DNA of 32,000 nucleotides from Vibrio vulnificus CMCP6 (GTDB lineage Bacteria > Pseudomonadota > Gammaproteobacteria > Enterobacterales > Vibrionaceae), in NCBI RefSeq assembly GCF_000039765.1, contig NC_004460.2, positions 990,001-1,022,000 on the forward strand. Reading direction: 5' to 3'. This document shows positions 1 through 8,769 of this stretch, piece after piece; positions within the stretch are counted from its first letter, which is position 1, and each line of letters opens with the position of its first letter. The notes beneath the pieces are model-generated. The model made no database searches. It was given only the letters and a program-made list of their open reading frames with translations, and was not told the origin of the DNA. The translations under genes were made by a program, and so were the position numbers.

Positions 1-1
1 C

Positions 2-604
2 TCACGTTGGAAAGAGTATTACCAAAAGTGGGTGGCAAGCCCGGAATACAACAAACTGCTCTCCATCAGTGTGTTCTTAGAAGTTCGCTCAATTCACGGC
101 AGCCGTGAATTGGTAGAGCAGATCCAACAGCATCTACACCATTGCATTCAGCAAAGTCCGAGTTTTATTCCTGCTTTGGTGCGCGATGCGATCGACACTC
201 AACCGCCATTGGGCATTTTTAACCATTTGGTGCTGGAAAAAGGCGGCCAAAACAGCAACACGTTAAACATCAAAAAATACGCACTTAATCTCATCATCGA
301 TCTGGCGCGTATTTTCAGCTTGGCCGCAGGAGGCTCCCTAACAGGCACCGAAGAGCGATTCCGTTTTGCGGTCGAACACGGCACCCTATCAAAAGGCAGT
401 TGCGACAACATCATTGGCGCCTATCGTTTCATTACTCAGGTACGTTTTCGTCATCAGTTGAATGCCATTTTGGCAGGAAAAACACCCGACAATCATATCT
501 CTCCGGATGAAATCAGCAGCTTTGAACGCAAACACCTCAAAGATGCCTTTAAGATCATCAGCGAGTTGCAAGATGTCGCCAAACTGAAGTTTGTTAAAGG
601 CTAG
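2..604 (+). CDS. C-terminal part of a DUF294-type putative nucleotidyltransferase/substrate-binding protein (5' end lies outside the window)
   Basis: The reading frame is open from base 2; the track's start at 32 is a GTG inside the open frame. The helical C-terminal sequence (SPEYNKLLSISVFLEVRSIHG...HISPDEISSFERKHLKDAF) resembles the DUF294_C domain found in CBS/cNMP-domain proteins. The stop TAG at 602-604 directly abuts the next ATG. Confidence 0.6.
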   Translation, partial: SRWKEYYQKWVASPEYNKLLSISVFLEVRSIHGSRELVEQIQQHLHHCIQQSPSFIPALVRDAIDTQPPLGIFNHLVLEKGGQNSNTLNIKKYALNLIIDLARIFSLAAGGSLTGTEERFRFAVEHGTLSKGSCDNIIGAYRFITQVRFRHQLNAILAGKTPDNHISPDEISSFERKHLKDAFKIISELQDVAKLKFVKG

Positions 605-1342
605 ATGATGATAAAGAAATGGTTCAAGCGCTGGGACACCATGCCCAGCCAAGAACAGATACGCCAACAGATCGTCGTTGAATCGGCGTGGCCCGAAGCG
701 CTGCAAAACTACCTGAATACGCCGCTCATTGCACAAGAGACGCCACTTCATCAAGTCTCGTTTCTTGCTTTGGATTTTGAAACCACTGGGCTTGACGCAA
801 AACACGATAAAATACTGTCCATCGGTATGGTGGATTTGACGCTCGAAGGCATTAACCTCTCAAGCGCAGAAGAGATCCTGCTCAACCATGGCGCGTACAT
901 TAAAGCCGAATCTGCGCGCATTAACGGCCTAACGCCACAGGCGCTAGAGCAAGGTTGCTCGCTAGAGCAAGGTTGCTCGCTAGAGCAAGGGATGATGCGT
1001 TTATTTGAACGTGCACAAGGCAAAGTTCTGCTCGCGCACAGCGCAATCATTGAACAAGGTTTTCTCCAAGCCTTTGCTCAACAACATTTTCAGCTTGCCA
1101 AATTGCCTTGCCACTTCGTGGATACACTGCAAATTGAAAAGCGCTTTAGCTACGCAGGGAAAAGCGGCCAACGCAGCAGTTTTCAACTTGATGATTTACG
1201 ACGTTGTTATCACTTACCCGATTACCATTCTCATTCTGCCGCCAGTGATGCCTTGGCCTGTGCGGAGTTGTTTATCGTGCAAAGCAAAAAACTCGATCTG
1301 AATAAACAACGGCAGTTAAACACGGTTTTGTGCTCCATATAA
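605..1342 (+). CDS. DEDDh 3'-5' exonuclease (DnaQ/DNA polymerase III epsilon-like)
   Basis: Exo I motif LALDFETTGLD, an Exo II-like motif LLAHSAIIEQGFL, and Exo III motif HSAASDALACAELF (H-x4-D). The ATG immediately follows the upstream stop, which suggests translational coupling. Confidence 0.85.
   Translation: MMIKKWFKRWDTMPSQEQIRQQIVVESAWPEALQNYLNTPLIAQETPLHQVSFLALDFETTGLDAKHDKILSIGMVDLTLEGINLSSAEEILLNHGAYIKAESARINGLTPQALEQGCSLEQGCSLEQGMMRLFERAQGKVLLAHSAIIEQGFLQAFAQQHFQLAKLPCHFVDTLQIEKRFSYAGKSGQRSSFQLDDLRRCYHLPDYHSHSAASDALACAELFIVQSKKLDLNKQRQLNTVLCSI
943..990 (+). repeat. In-frame 18-bp tandem repeat (gctagagcaaggttgctc), about 2.7 copies, inside the exonuclease gene
   Basis: Read directly: copies at 943-960 and 961-978 and a partial copy at 979-990. 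It encodes LEQGCS-LEQGCS-LEQG between the Exo I and Exo II motifs. Confidence 0.95.
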
Positions 1343-1980
1343 CGTCAAAGCCAATCACGCTGTTTATCCATGCTCGTGGGTATTAAGCACCATCTCTTGC
1401 TCTTAGAAAAAAGTCGACGGCAGCGCAAATCTGCCATTGCCTTACAGCGACCTACAACAACCAATCACTTTGGAAAGGACACACTGCAAACGTTAATTAT
1501 TCCAAGAGGTTATACCTAATGGGGGGATTAACGTTTCTAAAGGCATGATTTTTGTTTTGCCTCAAACTTAAATAACCATACAAAATGTAAGAATATATTT
1601 ATTTCCCACTTTCAGATTTAAATACCATATATGAATTACTTAATAGAGATATATTCTTATTTAACAATAATGTCGCACTGTCTATGAAAAATCACGCCAA
1701 TCACATAAAAGTTAAATTAAAACAACACTTTATAATTGCGTAAAATTTCAGAAATATATGAAACATAGATAATAAAAACAATTTAAATATCATGCATTTG
1801 AAATGTAAAGACACTCTCATAAAATAGGTTTCATACTCTGTTTTATTGAAAATGTGCACTGGCTCGACTTAATTAACTTCAATACATGAATGCGAAATAA
1901 ATAATGATTCATGTCAAAAATGATTTTGCCATCGGCCTCTAATAATAAATCAGTCAAAAAGGATTTATTATGGAGAAACC

Positions 1981-3435
1981 ATGAGCCAACACGAATCATC
2001 TAGCTATCAGTCTCGTCGTCGCAAGGCGAACGAGTTTTCTACTCGATCGGAATACTTAGAACATGAACTGAATATTCTCTCCTTTAAAAAATGGCGCGTA
2101 CATCTGCCTTTCCGCGACTTTGGTATTGAAATTGAAGACTGGGTGCCCGCCATCGCAGCCACTATTGGTAAAGTGGTGATGGTCACCGCAATGGTGGCCG
2201 CTTTCGCCGCCCAGTTTGGCCTTTCCCCTGAATTTGTTGCTGAAAACGTACGCTATGAGTTGATCATCGCGGGTCTTTTGTTTGTTATCTTTTTTTCCGC
2301 GATTTTAAACCCTAGAGCCAACTTAGCCGGCACGCACGGGCCCATGATTCCATTGATTCCGCTTGTTGCCGCAGCAGGTGGACACCCACTCGCTCTAGGC
2401 ATCATGGTTGGCGTGTTTGGTTTGATCCTCAGCGCCACCAAAGGCGGCTCAAAACTGGTTCGTTTAACCGGTGAAGGGGTTCGCGGTGGATTGCTGATTT
2501 ATTTAGGCGCAGTGGGACTGATTAGCCAACTGAGCAAGTTTGAAAGCTGGTCAGTGGCCTCTGGCATGGAGTCGGTCTCGTTTGTAGTGATCTCCACCAC
2601 CATTGTGATCTACGCCTATTTGGCGAAAATTGAAAAACGCTGGTTGGCGATCCCGCTGTGTTCGTTGATTGCTGGTGTGGTTTCCTACCTAATGGGCGTG
2701 CCATTTGAATTCACCACAGAGCCTGGCTTACCGAACATGAGCCCATTCTACTGGTGGGGCGAAGAGACAGGTTGGCAGTTAGGTTGGCCTGAGTTTGAGC
2801 ACTACATTGCGGTGATTCCTTTCGCGATTTTGGCTGTCGCCATGTGGTCACCCGATTTTCTTGGCCACCGCGTATTCCAAGAACTGAACTACCCGAAAAC
2901 CGCCAAAGATGCACTGATGGATGTGGACGACACCATGACGGTTTGCTCAATTCGTCAGATCATTGGTGCTGGCCTTGGTGGCGGTAACCTCGCATCGTCT
3001 TGGGGAACGTACATGATCCCAGCAGCGATTGCCAAACGCCCCATCCCTGGAGGCGCTCTGCTTACGGGTATTCTGTGTATCGTTGCAGCTGTGCTGGGCT
3101 ATCCGATGGATCTGGCGATGTGGGAACCGGTACTGCGCGTTGCGCTGTTGGTAGGCGTATTCCTGCCGTTACTGGAAGCGGGCATGCAGATGGTACGTAA
3201 CGCTCGTAACTCGCAAAGTGCGGGGATTTGTATGTTTGCTTGTGCGCTGGTTAACCCCGTTTTCGGTTGGGCAATTACCATGTTGCTCGACAATACGGGC
3301 CTCATTGGCAACCGCGAGCGCAGCGAAACGTTAAACCGCACTGACCGTTTAGGCATTCCACTCGCAACCGTATTAGTTTGTGTTGGCGCGTTAGCCGCTG
3401 TTGGTCAATTACCGGGCATTCCTGCGCTTCTTTAA
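1981..3435 (+). CDS. Polytopic inner-membrane protein, putative permease (family uncertain; reminiscent of DUF3360-type proteins)
   Basis: A 484-aa ORF with many hydrophobic segments and Gly/Pro-rich helices (GPMIPLIPLVAAAGGHPLALG). A GGAGAAACC Shine-Dalgarno (SD) sequence lies just before the ATG, and a strong terminator follows. Confidence 0.7.
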   Translation: MSQHESSSYQSRRRKANEFSTRSEYLEHELNILSFKKWRVHLPFRDFGIEIEDWVPAIAATIGKVVMVTAMVAAFAAQFGLSPEFVAENVRYELIIAGLLFVIFFSAILNPRANLAGTHGPMIPLIPLVAAAGGHPLALGIMVGVFGLILSATKGGSKLVRLTGEGVRGGLLIYLGAVGLISQLSKFESWSVASGMESVSFVVISTTIVIYAYLAKIEKRWLAIPLCSLIAGVVSYLMGVPFEFTTEPGLPNMSPFYWWGEETGWQLGWPEFEHYIAVIPFAILAVAMWSPDFLGHRVFQELNYPKTAKDALMDVDDTMTVCSIRQIIGAGLGGGNLASSWGTYMIPAAIAKRPIPGGALLTGILCIVAAVLGYPMDLAMWEPVLRVALLVGVFLPLLEAGMQMVRNARNSQSAGICMFACALVNPVFGWAITMLLDNTGLIGNRERSETLNRTDRLGIPLATVLVCVGALAAVGQLPGIPALL

Positions 3436-3448
3436 CGCTGGTTTTGCC

Positions 3449-3484
3449 GAAAGATCCGCTCAAAGGGCGGATCTTTTTCTTTCT
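3449..3484 (+). terminator. Rho-independent terminator
   Basis: Stem aagatccgc (3451-3459) pairs with gcggatctt (3467-3475) across a 7-nt loop, followed by tttttctttct. Confidence 0.85.
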
Positions 3485-3602
3485 GAATGCTCCGTCAGAT
3501 TAGCCAAACTGATCCGCCATTAGTTTGATTCAATAGACTTCCTCTCTTTTGCTTCCTATGCTGCGGTGACGCATATCTCGTCACGCAATACAAGGAAAGA
3601 TC

Positions 3603-3998
3603 ATGACCGGCATTACCGATTTACAGCACCTACTTCAATCGATGTCTCCACAATTGGTTGAGGGCGACTATGTTTTTTGCACCGTCGATGGCCCACTTAA
3701 GGACTATCTACACCTTGACCCCATCGCTACATTTCGTGAGCAAGAAGGGCTCACTTTGGTGCTTGAAGCTCAGCAAGCCGAACAAGCCGGATTGACTACC
3801 GATAGCCGTTTTTGTTTGATTACCCTCACCGTCCATTCAAGCTTAGAAGCCGTCGGGCTAACCGCCGCTTTTGCCAGCAAGTTAGCCAGTTATGGCATTA
3901 GCGCCAACGTGATTGCAGGTTATTATCACGACCATATTTTTGTACCAAAAGGAAAAGCTCACGAGGCAATGAGCGCACTCACTGAGTTGACTGCGTAG
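3603..3998 (+). CDS. Small ACT-domain-containing protein
   Basis: A 131-aa ORF. The N-terminal pattern DLQHLLQSMSPQLVEGDYVFCTV and the C-terminal GISANVIAGYYHDHIFVP are typical of stand-alone ACT-fold proteins (ACT_7/DUF2241-like). AAGGAAAGA lies upstream of the ATG. Confidence 0.6.
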   Translation: MTGITDLQHLLQSMSPQLVEGDYVFCTVDGPLKDYLHLDPIATFREQEGLTLVLEAQQAEQAGLTTDSRFCLITLTVHSSLEAVGLTAAFASKLASYGISANVIAGYYHDHIFVPKGKAHEAMSALTELTA

Positions 3999-4081
3999 AA
4001 AAATTCGCCAAAGCCCCCGCTTTGAAAAAACCGTTGCGATAATGTTAGAGTATAAAAAACGGTTATTCAGGATAAGGATAT

Positions 4082-5614
4082 ATGAAGACACCCACCCCAA
4101 AGCTTTCATTACGCATATTGAAAAAAAGTGATTACGAGCAAGTGGCCAGTTTAATGGATTTGGTTTTTCACGACGTCGGCGGGGCTTGGCCAAGAATGAC
4201 CATAATGGATCTCATTCATCAGTTCCCTGATGGACAAATCTGCATAGAGGATTCCGGTAAAATCATTGCGGCAGCGCTCACCATCAAAGTGGATTATAAC
4301 CGCTTCTCTCTCCCCCATGTATATACCGATATCATCAATGAAAACAATGTAATACAACACAAATCAAATGGTGATGCCTTGTATGGCCTCGACGTATTTG
4401 TTCACCCGGATTATCGCGGGCTACGTTTGGGTCGAAGACTGTATGAAGCGCGAAAAGAGCTGTGTCGAAGCAATAACCTCAAAGCCATCTTGGCGGGTGG
4501 TCGAATTCCCGGATACAAGCCATACGGCGGAAAACTGCCTGTGGCAGAGTACATAGAAAAAGTCTCACGCAAAGAGCTTCATGACCCAATACTCTCATTT
4601 CAGCTCTCAAACGATTTCGATGTGAAGCGCATCATGCGCCATTATCTTCCCGAAGATGACAGCTCACACGGTTACGCAACGTTACTGGAATGGGACAACT
4701 TCTTTTATGAAGAAGACGTCTATTCCGTTCATGACATCGAGAAAACGATTGTTCGTATCGGTATTGTGCAGTGGCAAATGCGCATGGTGAACGATTTGGA
4801 AGACTTGTTGGATCAGGCGGAGTTTTTTATTGATTCGCTGTCAAAATACAAAGCGGATTTCGCACTCTTTCCGGAGTTCTTTAACGCGCCTTTAATGGGA
4901 TTGGCAGAAGATCAAAACTCTGTTGAAGCGATTCGCTTCCTCGCCTCGTTCTCTGAGCGTGTCAAACTGACCATGTCTCAACTTGCCGTGACCTACAACA
5001 TTAATATCATCGCAGGCAGCATGCCTGTTTTAGAAAACGGCCAGCTTTACAACATCTCTTACTTGCTTCGTCGTGATGGCACGATTGAGTCCCAACATAA
5101 AATCCACATTACCCCACATGAACAACGAGACTGGGTTATTGATGGCGGCGACAAAGTTTCGGTGTTTGACACCGATGCGGGACGTATTGGGATTTTGATT
5201 TGTTATGACAGTGAGTTTCCCGAGCTCGGACGTATGCTGGCTGAACAAGGCGTGCAGATCATTTTTGTTCCGTTCTGGACGGATACCAAAAATGGTTATC
5301 AACGTGTGAGAATTTGCTCCCAAGCGCGCGCGATTGAAAATGAATGTTATGTCGCCATTGGTGGTAGTGTTGGCAACCTGCCTAGGGTCGATAACGTCGA
5401 TATCCAATACGCTCAATCGGCAGTGTTCTCACCTTCAGACGTGTTCTTCCCACACGATGCCACCATTGCAGAAGCAAGCCCAAATACGGAAATGATCATT
5501 TTTGCCGATGTGGATTTGGATAAACTCAAGCAACTGAACATGGAAGGCTCAGTGACCAACTTACGTCATCGACGAATGGATCTTTATGGTGGATTCACTC
5601 AGAAAAAAGAATAG
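4082..5614 (+). CDS. Fusion protein: N-terminal GNAT acetyltransferase plus C-terminal carbon-nitrogen hydrolase (nitrilase superfamily)
   Basis: GNAT motif A is present (HPDYRGLRLGRRLYEARKE). The nitrilase Glu-Lys-Cys triad contexts are present (LFPEFFN, SQHKIHITPHE, GILICYDSEFPE). An AGGATAAGGA SD lies before the ATG. Confidence 0.85.
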   Translation: MKTPTPKLSLRILKKSDYEQVASLMDLVFHDVGGAWPRMTIMDLIHQFPDGQICIEDSGKIIAAALTIKVDYNRFSLPHVYTDIINENNVIQHKSNGDALYGLDVFVHPDYRGLRLGRRLYEARKELCRSNNLKAILAGGRIPGYKPYGGKLPVAEYIEKVSRKELHDPILSFQLSNDFDVKRIMRHYLPEDDSSHGYATLLEWDNFFYEEDVYSVHDIEKTIVRIGIVQWQMRMVNDLEDLLDQAEFFIDSLSKYKADFALFPEFFNAPLMGLAEDQNSVEAIRFLASFSERVKLTMSQLAVTYNINIIAGSMPVLENGQLYNISYLLRRDGTIESQHKIHITPHEQRDWVIDGGDKVSVFDTDAGRIGILICYDSEFPELGRMLAEQGVQIIFVPFWTDTKNGYQRVRICSQARAIENECYVAIGGSVGNLPRVDNVDIQYAQSAVFSPSDVFFPHDATIAEASPNTEMIIFADVDLDKLKQLNMEGSVTNLRHRRMDLYGGFTQKKE

Positions 5615-5703
5615 ATACAAACCAAGCCATTGACACTTGTGATGATTGCTCTTTTTTATTGGTGCTTTAGCATAAATAGGTTATAAAAACGCTCAACAAA
5701 CCA

Positions 5704-6315
5704 ATGAGTAACAGCTTGATGAATCAGTGGATTAATTTTGAACAGTGGAGTCAGTACATTCCTTCTGACTCCTTTCTCTTTAAACTCCTTATGGCGCTGG
5801 TGCTGCTCGCCGCGTATCAGGTTGTCAAAAAAATCACCAACCGTGCGGTGGCCAATTTAGCCCTCTCAAAGGGTGTGAATAAGGCAAGGCAAAGCTTTAT
5901 TCAACGGGCATTTAATACCGCACTGCTCTTCCTGTTCGCCTCAATTTTTTCGGTAATCGCAGGAATCGGATACGGCGATGTGTCGCTGTTCCTTTCTTCT
6001 ATCTTTGCGGTCTTAGGGGTCGCCTTCATTGCTCAGTGGTCAATCCTCAGTAATGTCACCGCCAGTTTTTTGATCTTTTTCGTTTTCCCATACAAAGTGG
6101 GCGATCGAATCAAAGTGGTGGACAAAGACGAAGACATCAGCGGCGAAATTCTCGATATCAGCATGTTCCATGTGCTGATAAAGCACGATAATGGCCACGT
6201 GATCACCTACCCCAATAACTTGATGCTGCAAAAAGCGGTGCTTAAGTTAGGGCAAAAAACGCCACAAAAAGCCAAATCAACCGCTCGCTTGTACACACGA
6301 ATCAAGAAGAAGTAA
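5704..6315 (+). CDS. Small mechanosensitive-channel (MscS) family protein
   Basis: Three or four N-terminal TM segments are followed by the MscS pore-helix/beta-domain pattern (AQWSILSNVTASFLIFFVFPYKVGDRIKV...GHVITYPNNLM). Confidence 0.75.
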   Translation: MSNSLMNQWINFEQWSQYIPSDSFLFKLLMALVLLAAYQVVKKITNRAVANLALSKGVNKARQSFIQRAFNTALLFLFASIFSVIAGIGYGDVSLFLSSIFAVLGVAFIAQWSILSNVTASFLIFFVFPYKVGDRIKVVDKDEDISGEILDISMFHVLIKHDNGHVITYPNNLMLQKAVLKLGQKTPQKAKSTARLYTRIKKK

Positions 6316-6343
6316 CACGCAACTTTGCCGATGCGCCTAAAAT

Positions 6344-6395
6344 AAAGCCCCATTCTCGTGTCGCCGATTTATCGTGCTAAGAGTGGGGCTTTTTC
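6344..6395. terminator. Probable bidirectional terminator between convergent genes
   Basis: aaagcccca (6344-6352) pairs with tggggcttt (6384-6392), with an extendable bulged stem. T-runs follow on both strands (ttttcattg on plus, tttatttt on minus). The loop is long, so it is less canonical. Confidence 0.55.
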
Positions 6396-6409
6396 ATTGT
6401 GCTATTGGG

Positions 6410-8629
6410 TTAGTTGAACGTCTTGGTCAGTTTGAAAAATAGCGTCTCACCACTGCTGTCATCCACACCATCATTGTCAGTTACCGCGTAGCCGTGGCCA
6501 TTCACATCAATCGCGAAGCCTTCAATTTTATCTGTGACATATCCCTTGTTGGCTTTGAAATGCGGCAGAAAATCGTACACCATTTCTTTTTGTACGACAG
6601 GCAAAGGAGAACCAAGTTCTACTGGCTTAAGATCGGTGAGTGAGACACGGTACAAACGTTTGATCTTCGCCTGCTTACCAAGCTGATTATCACGTTCAAT
6701 GACATAGAGGTTGCCTTGATACGCAGTAATTTCAGACAAGCCGACCCAGCCTTTATCACTCTGCTCTAGCGGATAACTCACTGCGCCCCACTGGCGAGTT
6801 TTAGTGTTATAGCTCAGCAATTTAGTGGTGTTTTTCGCATCATCTTTCCACGGTCGCTGCAACGCAATCCACAATACATCGTCAACGCGTGTAATGCCTT
6901 CTGCGCCATAGCGCGTTTGGTGCTTGAGTAGCTCTTGAGGGAACAATACTCGCTCCATCACTTCCCCCTGCGCGTTAACATGCACCAGTGCGTGTGGAAT
7001 CGCTTTTTTCTCATTGCCTTCAGAAGCTAACCAGAAGCCGCCCTTTCCATCGGTGGTGATCCCTTCGAGGTCGAGTTTTTTGGCTGCTTTTCCATTCTCC
7101 GTCACTCTTAATGCCTGCCTAATCACTGCAGGCTGAGCAAAAGCATCAATCGTGAAGATGGTTGGCTGAGCAGAGTAAAAGCTGTCATTCACTGCGTAGA
7201 AAGTCGCGGCCTTTTGGCTATCCGCCACCAGCCCAGATAATGCTCCCCAACCAATTGGCGCGTTATTTTTGTCATTGGCTGAGACAATTTGCGGATAATT
7301 GGCCACCCCTGACGATAATTGATAGATCATCACATGAGATCGAGCGCTGCCGTCTTCCACCAAATCGGCTTCATTGGCGGTCACCAATAGATTGCGCTGC
7401 GGAATGGCAATGGCGGATTCTGGCGCAATACCTGAAGGCAACAACTGTAACCACTGCGGTTCACGCCCAGTGTCTTTATACACGCCCACTACCGAACCCC
7501 GCTCGGAGAGCACGAAGATATAACGCTGGCCGTTAAAGGTCGCGACCTCCAACCCTTCTGGTTCAATGCCTTTTTTACCAGAACGTTTTTCAGGATAATG
7601 GCCCGCACGTATCACTTGATGCTCAAACGATGCGCCACTTTCGAATAACACATCGCCACGCTGGTTAAAGATGGTAAAACCACGCGCCCCGCCCTGATAA
7701 TCACCTTCGTTGGCAATCACTAAGCGCTCGTTGTCTAACCATTTCACCGCATCCGGCTCGCGGTGTACGCCTTTTTGCTCACCCGTGAAGGTCAGCGCCC
7801 CCTCTTTCTTCACATCAATCTGGGTAAGATCCACACTGCCTGCGGAGAAATGATTAAGCACTTTTGCGCTCGCCGCATCAACGATCACCATATGGTTGTT
7901 CTCTTGCAAAGTGACGGCGATTTGGTTGGCATCGTTAAATGCAACAAATTCGGGTTCCGGATCATCAGCACCAATGGTCGCTAAGCCCGTCAATTCAACG
8001 CGTTTGGCGCTTTGGCAATCTGGTTTACCTTGTTTAGTCTGCAAGACGACCAAATAACCTGCTGGCAGTTGTGGCAGAGCACCATCGTTCAGCTCCTCGT
8101 CGCGTTCGTTTTCGATCGCTACTGCAATAAACTGACCATCTTTCGACACGGCCACCGAATCTGGCTGACCACCTAAATCACACTGGTCGGTGATTTTACG
8201 GCTGTTCACAGATACCACCGCTAAGTAACCAGAAGGTTGCGTATAACTTTTCGAGGTATTCACGCCAGCGATGACCCAATTATCAAACGCAGCCACCGAG
8301 GTAGGCTCACCGTTGAGAGAGAGAAAACCCGCCGCTTTGGGCTGATTGGCTTGCTTAATATCGATAAAACCGATGCCACCCAGTGGGCTGTCAGAATAGA
8401 TCAGCGTGTTGCCATCAGGTGTTACCGTAATAATTTCCGCAGACGTTGTTTTTTGCTTATCAAACCCCGCAGGTAGGTTGTCTGCCACGGCAAAACTGGC
8501 AATACGCTTAAAGCTTTCGGTGGTGCTAGACCTTTCTGCTGCACTCGCGAACGTGGTCAATGAAGCCCCCAAAAACATCGCCGCCGTGACACTTTGTCGC
8601 AGCAACGAGCGTGGAAATAGATGAGCCAT
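6410..8629 (-). CDS. Secreted 739-aa beta-propeller protein (choice-of-anchor-I-like N-terminal half, phytase-like esterase C-terminal half); possible phosphoesterase
   Basis: A signal peptide is present (MAHLFPRSLLRQSVTAAMFLGASLTTFASA/AE). Recurring EPE-type blades (DPEPEFVAF, IEPEGLEV, LDLEGIT, IEGFAID) and the motif IENERDEE are visible. An AAGGA SD lies 8 nt upstream of the ATG. Confidence 0.55.
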   Translation of the reverse strand: MAHLFPRSLLRQSVTAAMFLGASLTTFASAAERSSTTESFKRIASFAVADNLPAGFDKQKTTSAEIITVTPDGNTLIYSDSPLGGIGFIDIKQANQPKAAGFLSLNGEPTSVAAFDNWVIAGVNTSKSYTQPSGYLAVVSVNSRKITDQCDLGGQPDSVAVSKDGQFIAVAIENERDEELNDGALPQLPAGYLVVLQTKQGKPDCQSAKRVELTGLATIGADDPEPEFVAFNDANQIAVTLQENNHMVIVDAASAKVLNHFSAGSVDLTQIDVKKEGALTFTGEQKGVHREPDAVKWLDNERLVIANEGDYQGGARGFTIFNQRGDVLFESGASFEHQVIRAGHYPEKRSGKKGIEPEGLEVATFNGQRYIFVLSERGSVVGVYKDTGREPQWLQLLPSGIAPESAIAIPQRNLLVTANEADLVEDGSARSHVMIYQLSSGVANYPQIVSANDKNNAPIGWGALSGLVADSQKAATFYAVNDSFYSAQPTIFTIDAFAQPAVIRQALRVTENGKAAKKLDLEGITTDGKGGFWLASEGNEKKAIPHALVHVNAQGEVMERVLFPQELLKHQTRYGAEGITRVDDVLWIALQRPWKDDAKNTTKLLSYNTKTRQWGAVSYPLEQSDKGWVGLSEITAYQGNLYVIERDNQLGKQAKIKRLYRVSLTDLKPVELGSPLPVVQKEMVYDFLPHFKANKGYVTDKIEGFAIDVNGHGYAVTDNDGVDDSSGETLFFKLTKTFN

Positions 8630-8769
8630 ATAAATATCCTTATCAATGAGAAAATGACGCTACCGTAGCGGGAATTTATGACAAATGCGTGAGCATCTGA
8701 TGGCATTTTTATGATGACCAGTTGCAATCTTAAAGGCGTGGCACACTCTGTGATGAAAACAGTGATGAT

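Noticed and set aside
1817-1999. 60-aa minus-strand ORF overlapping the start of the 484-aa membrane protein gene.
   Set aside because: It lies in extremely AT-rich sequence where long ORFs are unexpected only if they are real. It has no SD, overlaps the neighbouring start codon and SD, and shows no features of a real protein.
8664-8685. Pho-box-like sequence (minus strand TTGTCATAAAT...) upstream of the phytase-like gene.
   Set aside because: Only the first 7-bp half site resembles CTGTCAT. The second repeat, expected 4 bp later, is absent (TCCCGCT). This is insufficient to call PhoB regulation.
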